Source: Macrostomum hystrix
Lineage: Eukaryota; Animalia; Platyhelminthes
Assembly: GCA_950097015.1 (NCBI GenBank)
Contig: CATNEN010000039.1
Coordinates: forward strand, 3,472,001 to 3,536,000
Direction of reading: 5' to 3'
DNA length: 64,000 nt
Position numbers and translations under genes: made by a program. This document shows, one piece after another, positions 1 to 12,108 of this stretch (position 1 is the stretch's first letter; the number at the start of each line of letters is the position of its first letter). The notes beneath the pieces were generated by a model that saw nothing but the letters and a program-made list of their open reading frames with translations, was not told the origin of the DNA and did no database searches.

Positions 1-410
1 CAGGTACAAACTGCTATCGGTGTGTACATCTGTTCAGACTTTCTCATCGTCAGGTAGTGCACACTCTCACTGTGCCTTGAGGGTTGGACCTCATGGCAGT
101 GGCGGCGCAGGACCTCCAGCTGGGGGGGGGGCGGTGGTTGGGTGGTCACCCCCCTGAGGTCTCAGGTGACCACCCCCATGCCCCATGGGGTGACCACACT
201 TTTGAAAAAATATGGTAAAGTACCAATTTTTTTTAAGTGGGTGGTCACCCCCTGAGGGTGGTGAGGGGTGGTCACCCGGGGGCAGCCCGCCCCCCCCCCT
301 GCGCCGCCACTGCCTCATGGGAGCAAGTTTTCACGAGTCCCCAAGCCTTCTCTCCGCGGCTGCGCTACAAAGTAATGAGGCTTCGCCGCAGATTCAAGCC
401 CACATTCGTG
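1..410 (-). mobile_element. tRNA-derived SINE family A, copy 1, interrupted by a MITE at 97-312
   Basis: The reverse complements of 1-96 and 313-410 align colinearly with the SINE at 6070 (gcggcgaRgcc, gcgcagccgc..agaaggc, cacagtga..cctgacgatgagaaag..cagatgtac). Confidence 0.8.
97..312. mobile_element. hAT-type MITE, 216 bp
   Basis: Perfect 14-bp TIR CAGTGGCGGCGCAG / CTGCGCCGCCACTG, exact 8-bp TSD CCTCATGG (89-96 and 313-320), and repeated subterminal GTGGTCACC / GGTGACCAC motifs. Confidence 0.9.
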
Positions 411-446
411 CGAAATTCATCAGGCCCGTTACTGCTTAGAAACTAT

Positions 447-790
447 CATTCCCTCCAATTTACTCCTAGTCACCCCATTCATTTTAATTCACCCATTCAC
501 CCTCCTTCACTCCCATTCACTCATTTTACTCTTATTCACCTCATTCACTCCTATTCACCCCAATTCACTCCTATTCACCCCCATTCACTCTTATTCACCC
601 CATTCACTCTTATTCACCCACATTCACTCTTATTCACCCCAATTCACCCCATTCACTTCTATTCACTCCCATTCACTCCTATTCACCCCCATTCACTCCT
701 ATTCACCCCCATTCACTCCTATTCACCTCATTCACTCTTATTCACCCCAATTCATTTTAATTCACCCATTCACTCTCATTCACTCCCATA
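447..790. repeat. Intronic minisatellite, about 19-bp unit (attcactcctattcacccc), DDX18 intron 2
   Basis: Degenerate tandem copies visible. Confidence 0.85.
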
Positions 791-814
791 AGTGAGCAGT
801 GGCAGCAATCGCAC

Positions 815-2137
815 CTGGAGCACGCCGTAGGTCTGCAGGCTGAGCTCGCGAGTAGGCGAGATCACAATGCAGCCCGTCCCATTGCGCGGCTTGAACTCCA
901 ACCGGCGCATGAGTTCAACGGCCGGCACAAGGAAGGCCAGAGTCTTGCCACTGCCAGTCTTGGCTGAGGCCATGAGGTCCCGGCCTTGCAGCAGGTGCGG
1001 AATGGAGCGGGCCTGGATGGGGGTCATGCCGCTCATGCCCATGTCACGGAGACCGGCCAGGGTGGCCTCACTAAGGCCTTCCAGGCTGGCAAAGTCAGCT
1101 GGCGATGTCGACGAATCGGCGACTTCATCTCCGTTGGCGGCTGCGGCGGTGGCGGTTGCTGCAGTTAGCCGGCCGCTGCCAGGCAGTAGGGGCTCGAACT
1201 GCGGACCGTCAGAGCCTTAAATTAGCATTATGAGTTTCATTCTGAGATTTTATGTATCCAATTGTGATAAATACTAAACTGAGACACGGGAGGAGAAGGG
1301 AAAAGTAGATCGACAGAATCAGGGTAGAAGTAGCGTGAATGGTAGGTTCAGAGTGAGAAGTAGATCGAGATACAATGGCGTGTAGAAGTAGCGTGAATGG
1401 TAGTTTGAGAGTGGGAAGTAGATCGAGAGACAATGGCGGAAGAAGTAGTGGGAATGGTAGGTTGAGAGTGGGAAGTAGATCGAGAGACTATGGCGTGTAG
1501 AAGTAGCGTGAATGGTAGGTTGAGAGTGTGAAGTAGATCGAGAGACAATGGCGGAAGAAGTAGTGGGAATGGTAGGTTGAGAGTGGGAAGTAGATCGAGA
1601 GACAATGGCGGAAGAAGTATCGTGAATGGTAGGTTGAGAGTGGGAAGTAGATCGAGAGACTATGGCGTGTAGAAGTAGCGTGAATGGTAGGTTGAGAGTG
1701 TGAAGTAGATCGAGAGACAATGGCGGAAGAAGTAGTGGGAATGGTAGGTTGAGAGTGGGAAGTAGATCGAGAGACAATGGCGGAAGAAGTAGTGGGAATG
1801 GTAGGTTGAGAGTGGGAAGTAGATCGAGAGACAATGGCGGAAGAAGTAGTGTGAATGGTAGGTTGAGAGTGAGAAGTAGATTGAGATACTGGCCCTCACC
1901 ATTGGTTTCCATGGCCTTAGGGGCTGACGCAGACTCTGCGGTGGATTTGCTCAGCTTAGAGACATCGGTCACAGTTGGCTGCTTTGACTTCTTGCCATCG
2001 TTGGCCAGAGCCTGCAGCTTCTCCAGCTGCTGAATGCGGCCAGTCACCTTGCCGATGAGCGCCTGGTCCGGGTGCTTTGCCGCCTGCAGCTTTTGCAGCG
2101 CCTGGCGGAGCCGCTTCATCTTGTTGAAGGACTTCAT
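815..2137 (-). CDS. DDX18: DEAD-box RNA helicase DDX18/HAS1/pitchoune-like, 5' part; gene continues past the window start
   Basis: Exons 2137-1900 (ATG at 2137, donor G|GTGAGG) and 1215-815 (acceptor TAAG|, donor CAG|GTGCGA) join in frame. Q-motif MTPIQ, Walker A AKTGSGKT, motif Ia SPTREL and the HAS1-type FKPRNGTG segment are present. Confidence 0.9.
1300..1888. repeat. Intronic minisatellite, 56-57 bp unit, DDX18 intron 1
   Basis: gagagtgggaagtagatcgagagacaatggcggaagaagtagtgggaatggtaggtt repeated about 10 times. Confidence 0.92.
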
Positions 2138-2730
2138 TTGCAGTGCGATGAGTTGAGCTGCAGATGCAAGGGATCGATATGTTAACCCTGGGATAACTGG
2201 AGGGTGCGGCAACCCTGGGATAACTGTAGCCAATATGCCAACTTTAAAATGGAAAATTGTGATTCTAAATATAGTCTGAACTTACATCCGAGAAGCAGTT
2301 GAAACTTTGGGTTCCCAACTGTATTTGATTTCCCTTGAGAATTAAAAACACAAAGCGTCTTCTGATAACTAAATTCTGTTTTGCAAAGAGAAAAAAATTG
2401 CAAGGCGGGCAGTGCTGACACAACAGTAATCACCGAAACGACACGATTAAAGTCTGCTAATTTTATTTGCAGCGTGCAAAAAAACAAGCAATAAAGCAAT
2501 CGTTACAAAGCATCAGTAAAAGACGGAGACAAAATAGTCGTCGAAGTCTGTTTTTTTGAAAGCGGAAAGCAAAAAGAGAAAAAAAGTGGAATACAGCAGA
2601 ACAATTGAGTATTGTGAGATGACATTTAAGACCAGGTGGGACTGTGTACCGATGACAGAAACCATAAAATGAGACACAATAGTGCAATTATATAGTGGGA
2701 CAAATGTGTTTAATGCAGTTGGGCTGATCT

Positions 2731-3940
2731 TGCGATTCTAGATACAACTCCTGCTGCGATTCTAGATACAACTCCTGCTGCGATTCTAGATACAACTCCT
2801 GCTGCGATTCTAGATACAACTCCTGCTGCGATTCTAGATACAACTCCTGCTGCGATTCTAGATACAACTCCTGCTGCGATTCTAGATACAACTCCTGCTG
2901 CGATTCTAGATACAACTCCTGCTACGATTCTAGATACAACTCCTGCTACAATTCTAGATACAACTCCTGCTGCGATTCTAGATACAACTCTTGCTACGAT
3001 TCTAGATACAACTCCTGCTACGATTCTAGATACAACTCTTGCTACGATTCTAGATACAACTCTTGCTGCGATTCTAGATACAATTCCTGCTGCGATTCTG
3101 GATAAAACTCCTGCTACGATTCTGGATAAAACTCCTGCTATGATTCTGGATACAACTCCTGCTACGATTCTAGATACAACTCTTGCTGCGATTCTAGATA
3201 CAACTCTTGCTGCGATTCTAGATACAACTCCTGCTACGATTCTAGATACAACTCTTGCTGCGATTCTAGATACAACTCTTGCTGCGATTCTAGATACAAC
3301 TCCTCCTACGATTCTAGATACAACTCTTGCTGCGATTCTAGATACAACTCTTGCTGCGATTCTAGATACAACTCCTGCTACGATTCTAGATACAACTCTT
3401 GCTGCGATTCTAGATACAACTCTTGCTTCGATTCTAGATACAATTCCTTCTACGATTCTAGATACAACTCTTGCTGCGATTCTAGATACAACTCTTGCTA
3501 CGATTCTAGATACAACTCCTGCTACGATTCTAGATACAACTCTTGCTGCGATTCTAGATACAACTCCTGCTACGATTCTAGATACAACTCTTGCTGCGAT
3601 TCTAGATACAACTCTTGCTTCGATTCTAGATACAATTCCTTCTACGATTCTAGATACAACTCCTGCTACGATTCTAGATACAACTCTTGCTGCGATTCTA
3701 GATACAACTCTTGCTGCGATTCTAGATACAACTCTTGCTTCGATTCTAGATACAATTCCTTCTACGATTCTAGATACAACTCCTGCTACGATTCTAGATA
3801 CAACTCTTGCTGCGATTCTAGATACAACTCCTGCTACGATTCTAGATACAACTCTTGCTGCGATTCTAGATACAACTCTTGCTGCGATTCTAGATACAAC
3901 TCTTGCTACGATTCTAGATACAACTCTTGCTGCGATTCTG
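2731..3940. repeat. 24-bp minisatellite (ctgctgcgattctagatacaactc), about 50 copies
   Basis: Direct tandem repeat between the NHE8 stop and the DDX18 start. Confidence 0.95.
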
Positions 3941-4699
3941 GAGACTGGCCTCCCTTTTATGCCATTTCTGCAAGCCAGCAATGCTGACAAACACTTCTTA
4001 TATAATTTTATTATTCTAAATAGAAAAACGTTCTGTGAAGTTTTAAGAATAAAAAATGAGCCACGTGAATGATTTCTCACTAGAATGTATAAACTTATTG
4101 CCATAAAATAGACATGGAACAGAGTACACAATAGAGCAGTAAACTAAAGGCAGTTATTTAAACTTGATTTCAATTGGCCTCCTATAAAATAATGAGCATA
4201 GAATTAAAAAACCTTACTAAAAAGAGACAGCTAACGCAGCATTCCTCAGCAAATCAGCAATTAATCATAGACTTTACTCACATCCAGTCTTTAACTCCTT
4301 GGATTGAAAACCATGCTCCCTAAAGCAGAATTGCATTGCACACAGGCAGCACGCAGATATACTCAGAATATTGCATCGGAACACGCAGAAATCCAATAGA
4401 AAATGTGATTAAAGCAATAGACACCAAAATGACAACAGATAAAACTTTTATTAAAACAATTTCTTCCCAGCCTATGCCAGTTAAAGTACGACGACAAAGA
4501 ATGGATGAGAAGCTGATGGGAATATAATAAAAAGTAGAATATGACACGAAGCACAGAACAATATCAATAATCATATATGCACAACGGAATGAGACTACGA
4601 CTGGAGTCTAAGACATCCAAGCGACAAAATAAGCATGAACTCCTATGCTCAAGCATTGGAACTGAATTCCAACATTGCTCAGTGATACAACTTCTGACT

Positions 4700-4900
4700 T
4701 TGACAAGCAGGGGTCAAATGACCTCCACACACAGGCCCTCGACTAGTCACTGACGGACAGGGGACAAATGACCTTCTAGGCCTTCAATTAGCCTTGAAAG
4801 GATAGGGGACCTCCTAGGCCTTCAATTAGCCTTGAAAGGACAGGGGACAAACGACCTCCTAGGCCTCCAAATAGCTTTGAAAGGACAGGGGTCAAATGAC
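4700..4900. repeat. Degenerate tandem repeat, about 45-bp unit
   Basis: caggggacaaatgacc..ctaggccttcaattagccttgaaagga recurs about 4 times. Confidence 0.7.
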
Positions 4901-5180
4901 AACTTGGCGCTTATCTACCAATCTTTCATGATGCTCGTGGGATAAATGGTTATCCTAACAAAAAAAAGTATTCAACTAGAAGTATAACGTTGGCAAATCT
5001 AAATATAGACTACGACAATCGTGAGAGTCTAAAGGATGTTTATCATGTCTATAAAGCAAAGAGGAAAACTTGTCAACAGAAATAAATCATCCTGGGATTT
5101 GCCACTAAAAGAGATTACTAATCAAAGGAACACAAGCAAGTCTGAAATACACGCCACGCTATCCACGGAAATCGTTGAAT

Positions 5181-8100
5181 TCAAGGCCGCAGAGACGCCG
5201 CAGGCGTTCCCGCAGCGGCCGCCGGAGGCTGCTTAGCGGCAGCGGCAGCAGCAGCAGCAGCAGCAGCAACGCCAGCGGCGGCGTTCGTCAACGAAGTCTC
5301 CGCGTGAGCGCCGCCCTCCTCCACCTCATCGTCATCGTCCAGATCCTCTTCCTCCCCGTCATCCTCGGGCTCCTCGCCAGCTGGCGCGCTGCGCACCTCC
5401 TGGTACCACTTGTCTGTCAGGGAGGTCATCAGCCGCCTGCCCTCGGTGACCTCCTTGCGGGTGAAGGTGCGGGTGAAAAAGGGCATCAGGTAGCGAAGGT
5501 CGAGCCTGATGAAGCCTTGCAGCTGGTGGCCGCCAGGTCCAGCGGGGCCGCCGGGTCCTGCGCCGGCGCCGCCACCGCCCGTGAGCTCAACTTCGGACTC
5601 GGTGAACTCAGAATACTGCTCACTGTCCATGGCGGCGCCCATCTCCTGGGTCTTGCTCAGCGTCACCTCTTGCTTCTCCCGGGCTCGCCTGCGCCTGCGC
5701 CGAGATCTGACAGGGGCGGAATTAGAGGTGGGGAGAGAGAAGCTTAGCTTTAGTGTCATTGGAAACCACTGAGCTGTAGCCTAAAATGGAGAAACCCCTT
5801 TATGGAAATGCAAAAATATTTTATAATTCATGCAGGTGAATGAATTTTGAAAAATCATTTTTAATGACGCACTATAGGATAGAAATATTTTTATGGAATA
5901 GCAATGAGTTCTATGGGATTCTATGAGTTCTAAGGGATTCTATGAGCTCTAAGGGATTCTATGAGCTCTAAGGGATTCTATGAGTTCTAAGGGATTCTAT
6001 GATTTCTAAGGGATTCTATGAGCTCTAAGGGATTCTATGATTTCTATGGGATTCTATGAGATGGCAATGGGGGTCGGTGGCAGAGCGGTTATCGCCTTTG
6101 CCACTCGCACCGAGGTCCCTAAGTTCGATTCCACGGCGAGGCCACATTTATTTGGGGCGCAGCCGCTGAGAGAAGGCGAGGGCTTGTCGTGCAATTTACG
6201 CCCTTGAGGGCCAACCTCCCACGCACAGTGAAGTGTACACTGCCTGACGATGAGAAAGTCAGGGCAGATGTACGCACCTGTGTGAGCGTATGCCTGCGTA
6301 CAGCATCTTTTTGCGTGTGTGCTCAGGAGTCAGCGAAATGGGCAGAATTGCCTCCTCGCTGGCTGTGGGTCACTATATGATGTGTCCCTGCCCGCAGCCC
6401 TCCTGCAATTATTATTATTACTATTCTTATGAGATGGCAATGATTTTTATGGGATTCTATGAGATGGCAACGATTTCTAAGGGATTCTATAAGATTGTAA
6501 TGATATCTATGGGATTCTATGAGATGGCAATGATTTGGGATTCTATGAGATGGCAATGAGTTCTATGGGATTCAATGAGATAGCAACGATTTCTAAGGGA
6601 TTCTATGAGGTGGCAATGAGTTCTATGGGATTCTATGAGATGGCAATGATATCTATGGGATTCTATGAGATGGCAATGAGTTCTATAGGATTCTATGAGA
6701 TGGCAATGATTTGGGATTCTATGAGATGGCAATGAGTTCTATGGGATTCAATGAGATAGCAACGATTTCTAAGGGATTCTATGAGGTGGCAATGAGTTCT
6801 ATGGGATTCTATGAGATGGCAATGATATCTATGGGATTCTATGAGATGGCAATGATTTGTATGGGATTCTATGAGATGGCAATGAGTTCTATGGGATTCA
6901 ATGAGATGGCAATGATTTGTATGGGATTCTATGAGATGGCAATGAGTTCTATGGGATTCTATGAGATGGCAATGATATCTATGGGATTCTATGAGATGGC
7001 AATGAGTTCTATAGGATTCTATGAGATGGCAATGATTTGGGATTCTATGAGATGGCAATGATTTGTATGGGATTCTATGAGATGGCAATGAGTTCTATGG
7101 GATTCAATGAGATGGCAATGATTTGTATGGGATTCTATGAGATGGCAATGAGTTCTATGGGATTCTATGAGATGGCAATGATATCTATGGGATTCTATGA
7201 GATGGCAATGAGTTCTATAGGATTCTATGAGATGGCAATGATTTGGGATTCTATGAGATGGCAATGAGTTCTATGGGATTCTATGAGATGGCAATGAGTT
7301 CTATGGGATTCTATGAGATGGCAATGATTTCTATGGGATTCTATGAGATGGCAATGATTTCTATGGGATTCTATGAGATGGCAATGAGTTCTATGGGATT
7401 CAATGAGATGGCAATGATTTGTATGGGATTCAATGAGATAGCAACGATTTCTAAGGGATTCTATGAGATGGCAATGAGTTCTATGGGATTCTATGAGATG
7501 GCAATGAGTTCTATGGGATTCAATGAGATAGCAACGATTTCTAAGGGATTCTATGAGATGGCAATGAGTTCTAAGGGATTCTATGAGATGGCAATGAGTT
7601 CTATGGCATTCAATGAGATGGCAACGATTTCTAAGGGATTCAATGAGATGGCGACGATTTCTAAGGGATTCTATGAGATGGCAATGAGTTCTATGGGATA
7701 CTATGAGATGGCCATGATATCTATTGGATTATATAAGATGGCAATGAGTTCTATGGGATACTATGAGATGGCCATGATATCTATTGGATTATATAAGATG
7801 GCAATGCATTCTATAATATTTTTGAACATTTTCACGGGATTGTATGAGATAGAAACTGTTCTTCGATACATCAAAAATTTATTTGAAGCGATACAGGGAG
7901 ATAAAAAAATGTTCGCTAGGGGTTAGAAAATAGAACTTTACTCCACTTTGAGGATAAATTAACCAAGCTAAGCTACTAGAAAAAAGTACAAATATTTTAT
8001 AGGCCACCGACGGTAGCAAAGTAATACGCCCAATCGGGCTGTCATTGACGATTATGCCTGCCCTGTAAAAAGCGGCCTGATAGTATTTGCCCGTCTGCTG

Positions 8101-11100
8101 GCACAAAGCGGATACAGGACGGTATGCAACCACAACTTCTTAGGTTAATGAGCAGCTTTTTTGGTAAATATCGATTGAAGGCTGCTTACAATAATCATCC
8201 ATATATAAGGTGGAAAACACTAATCATGCATTTATTGACCATTAAACTTCTTGCTACCTAAAGCTAGCTCGTATTAAGAAGATACACGTGACTATTTTGT
8301 TTCGCTTCTCATTGTGACTCGCATCTGCAAATTCTCTATGCGAAGTTAGAGTTCGATGCACCAATTAATTATTTGCTCCTAAAATAATTGATTTGAACAG
8401 ACCGCATAGGCCAGACAGATGTTGCGATCCGCTGAGCAGCAGCAGCTGACGGTAATTAGACGAGACAGTAAAGGCTGGTGACACTGCTACACTGGGACAA
8501 AAATTACAGCCGCTTGCTAAGCAGAGCAACAATCAATTGTCAGGCTAGACGAAATTACAGACTAAAATAATATAATAGTTAGAACTCTATGACACCAAAA
8601 CTGTAATTACTCGACTTCTGTGACCTGCCGACACAGTTCTAAGTCACTTCAGCCTTCAGCAACCCGCCACTGCCTTAGACTGCAGTCCTTCAGCAAACAA
8701 CCCTCAGCCTACAGTCCTTCAGCAACCAACCATTACCTCAGCCTACAGTCCTTCAGGAACCCGCCACTACCTCAGCCTGCCGTCCTTCAGGAACCCGCCA
8801 TCACCTCATCCTGCAGTCCATCAGCAACCCACCACTGCCTCAGCCTACAGTCATTCAGCAACCCGCGCCGGCCTCAGCCTACAGTCCCTCAGCAACCCAT
8901 CAACCCATGTTCATCACCTTATCTACAGTCCCTCAGCAACTCATCAACCCATGTTCATCACCTTATCTACAGTCCCTCAGCAACCCATCAACCCATGTTC
9001 ATCACCTTATCTACAGTCCCACAGCAACCCATCAACCCATGTTTATCACCTTATCTACAGTCCCACAGCAACCCATCAACCCATGTTCATCACCTTATCT
9101 ACAGTCCCACAGCAACCCATCAACCCATGTTTATCACCTTATCTACAGTCCCTCAGCAACCCATCAACCCATGCTCATCACCTTATCTACAGTCCCTCAG
9201 CAACCAATCAACCCATGTTTATCACCTTACCTACAGTCCCTCAGCAACTCATCAACCCATGTTTATCACCTTATCTATAGTCCCTCAGCAACCCATCAAC
9301 CCATGTTCATCACCTTATCTACAGTCCCTCAGCAACTCATCAACCCATGTTTATCACCTTATCTACAGTCCCTCAGCAACTCATCAACCCATGTTCATCA
9401 CCTTATCTACAGTCCCTCAGCAACCCATCAACCCATGTTCATCACCTTATCTACAGTCCCTCAGTAACCCATCAACCCATGTTCATCACCTTATCTATAG
9501 TCCCTCAGCAACCCATCAACCCATGTTCATCACCTTATCTACAGTCCCTCAGTAACCCATCAACCCATGTTCATCACCTTATCTATAGTCCCTCAGCAAC
9601 CCATCAACCCATGTTCATCACCTTATCTACAGTCCCTCAGTAACCCATCAACCCATGTTCATCACCTTATCTATAGTCCCTCAGCAACCCATCAACCCAT
9701 GTTCATCACGTTATCTACAGTCCCTCAGCAACCCATCAACCCATGTTCATCACCTACAGGCAATCAGCAGCGCAGTTATCAATACCTGGATGATCCAGCA
9801 GAGGCCTCATTATAATAGTAGTAGGTCTGCATCCAAGCGGGCCGGCGCTCCAGCAGTTTCATGAGCGGCATGGTGCTGCCGCCAAGCACTAAAATTGTGA
9901 ACAGCACAATGACCAGGGTTGTGGTGACGAGGATCTGTCTGGTCTCGCCGCGCACATCCAGATGAATGGCAAGTGCGAATGCGATAGCGCCGCGCAGGCC
10001 GGAGAACCACATAATGAACTGATTTTTCAGCGTGATCTTGTGCGCGCGGAAATAGTTCAGGCAGAAGCTCAGAGGAAAGATGTTGCAGGCCCGGCCAACT
10101 AGGCACAGAGCAATGCACCAGATCACTAAAGACGGCTGCAACAGGTGACTAAAGCTGAAGATCGCCAGGCCAAGGTAGGCAAACACCAGAGTCTCGGCTA
10201 GGAATGCCAGGGTGCGAAATGTGTGCTGGACAGTGATCTGCGTCACTGGCGACAGGTTTCTGTGCGTGTAATGCGACATCACAATGCCAGCGAACAGGAT
10301 GGCCATGATGCCGGACATGTGGAGACCCTCGGCCAAGCAGTATGGAGCATAGCTGAATATCAGCATGATGCCAACCTCAAGCGAGGGTGTCTTGCGCAGA
10401 TCCACCCACTTTAATAGCAGGGCGGAGGCCAAGGCGAACACTGTGCCAATGCCGGCTGAGCAGAGGAAAGTCTTAAAGAAGTTCAGCATGGCCAAGCCCA
10501 GCGCGTGCAGTCCACTGTCGTCAGTTTTTACCTGCAATGGGGGTAGAACATAGTTTATGACGTACTAATATCTGGCCCCAATAGGGTCACATGTGGTTTC
10601 ACAGGCTGCGTACGGCTGTTTAATCCATGGACTGGGAAGACGCCACACTCACCCTCAATTACCCTAGCTAATGCTGGTACCCATTTAACAGCTGGGTGAA
10701 CTGAAGCAATGCAGAGTCAGGTGCCTTGCAAAAAACACACATTTTTCCCAGTGGAGTCCGGAATCGAATCCCCGACCTTCAAGTCGCGAGTCCGACGCTC
10801 TAACCACAAGTCTACAACATCTTCTTAGAGACGGTCATTAACTCTGGTTAATAAATAAGCAATCATTATGTGCGATCAGCTACTCTGTTTCGGTATTTTG
10901 ATTGACAATGAAAGGGCCGTTTTTTAATAATTCTAGTTCTTGATTATAAATTGTTTATGTCTATTAGTGCTAATTTTACTTGTCGGATTGACAAAAGTTT
11001 GGTGTCGCTTGAAAGCGACAAGCCTGTTGACTAAAATGACCATGACTGCGAGTCACTATGGTCCCTGAGCTCGATTCCGCGGCGAGGCCACATTCATTTG

Positions 11101-12108
11101 GGGCGCAGCCGCGGAAAGAAGGCTTGGGTGCTTGTCGTGCAATTTACGACCTTAAGGGCCAACCTCCCACGCACAGTGAACGTGTACACTGCCTGACGAT
11201 GAGAAAGCCAGGGCAGATGTACACACCTGCCGCGACGAACATCTGCACACACTCACACATAACCTGTGTGTGTGTGCCTGCGTACAGTATCTGAGTGCGT
11301 GTGTGCTCAGGAGTCAGCGAAATTGGCAGAATCGCCTGCTCGTTGGTTCCGGACTTCACTAAATGATGTGCCATTGCACGCAGCTCTCCAAATAACATTA
11401 TTATTATAATTAAATATTCACAGACAAGTATAATTGTACCTGAATAACAGTGGTCATGAGCACAATGGACACGGCGTCATTTAGAATGCTTTCGCCGAAC
11501 ACCAACATGTACAAGATCGGGTCCACTTTCATGGCCTGAAAGATGGCCAGGGTGGCAACGGGATCAACGGCCGAGATGAGCGACCCGAATGCGAAGCTCT
11601 CCACCATAGTCAGCTGATAGGTGATGCCGGCGATGCCGACCAGGTAGACGCCGGCGCCAATCACGGCGGCGGAGATGACGGTGCCGAGAATGGCAAATAG
11701 CAGGATGCTGCCGATGTTGTGGAAAAAGTTTCCTTTGTGCAAGTTGTAGCCGGACTCGAAAATGATTGGCGGCAGGATGACTAGGAAGAAGATCATTGGT
11801 GGAAAGGCTTCCTCTTTGCGCCAATTGCCAATGAGCTGCAGGAGAAGGCCAATCAGGGCGCCAACAAAGACTACGGCGATAGACTCAGGCAGGTAGGTGA
11901 GCTTGAGTTTGATAAGCAGGTGAATAACCAGGATGCACATGCCAAGGACGGCCAGTACAAAGAACAGAGTCATGGACACTGTGTGCTCTAGCTCCGAGGC
12001 GGCATGCACCGAGGCGGTGGTTGGAATGGGACCAGTCGGACTGGCACTGCTGGCGTTGTTGCCTAGCAACAACCGGCTGGCGTTGACAACGGGGGTCGAC
12101 ATGATCAT
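5181..12108 (-). CDS. SLC9A8: Sodium/hydrogen exchanger 8 (CPA1 family), about 646 aa, 3 coding exons
   Basis: Exons 12108-11440, 10531-9786 and 5706-5181 total 1941 nt with GT-AG junctions in frame. Motifs LPPIIFESGY, SAVDPVATLAIF, GESILNDAV, WFSGLRGAIAFAL, plus the NHE8-type tail LSKTQEMG...GFIRLD.RYL.PFFTR...LTDKWY.EVR. Confidence 0.93.
5900..7810. repeat. 20-bp / 30-bp minisatellite (gggattctatgagatggcaatgagttctat) split by a SINE, NHE8 intron 2
   Basis: 20-bp units at 5900-6068 and 30-bp units at 6430-7810, with a 176-bp higher-order block. Confidence 0.93.
6070..6422 (+). mobile_element. tRNA-derived SINE family A, copy 2, apparently full length
   Basis: Box A TGGCAGAGCGG, Box B GTTCGATTCC, shared body and (ATT)n tail; homologous copies at 1, 11045, 20606 and 30447. 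Confidence 0.88.
8650..9755. repeat. Intronic minisatellite, degenerate ~33-bp units grading into 44-bp units, NHE8 intron 2
   Basis: acagtccctcagcaacccatcaacccatgttcatcaccttatct repeated about 20 times. Confidence 0.93.
10560..10815 (-). mobile_element. tRNA-headed CORE-SINE
   Basis: Minus strand shows a tRNA-like head (gtggttagagcg...gattcgattcc) followed by a CORE-like segment gcaaggcacctgac...tgcttcagttcacccagctgttaaatgggtacc. Confidence 0.75.
11045..11410 (+). mobile_element. SINE family A, copy 3
   Basis: Colinear with 6070-6422 from Box B (ctcgattcc) to the ATT tail. Confidence 0.85.

Noticed and set aside
1319-2233. 304-aa single-exon ORF
   Set aside because: It starts at TTG and reads into an intronic minisatellite; only 2137-1900 is the DDX18 exon.
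2688-4131. Long ORFs of 473 aa and 310 aa with VVSRIAAR / ILDTT repeats
   Set aside because: Artefacts of a 24-bp tandem repeat open on both strands; no support as exons.
6070-6145. tRNA gene (also 10745-10815 and 30447-30500)
   Set aside because: A and B boxes are present but there is no clean cloverleaf, and each continues into a repeated SINE body.
6243-6267. Hammerhead ribozyme core CTGACGA...GAAA.GTC
   Set aside because: Only 3 nt are available for stem II and stems I and III do not pair in register; kept only as a hairpin observation.
6350-6400. HDV-like ribozyme, since GCCTCCTCGCTGGC matches the HDV P3/L3 sequence
   Set aside because: No matching P1, P1.1 GG or J4/2 could be placed; copy 3 breaks the motif but keeps an alternative simple stem.
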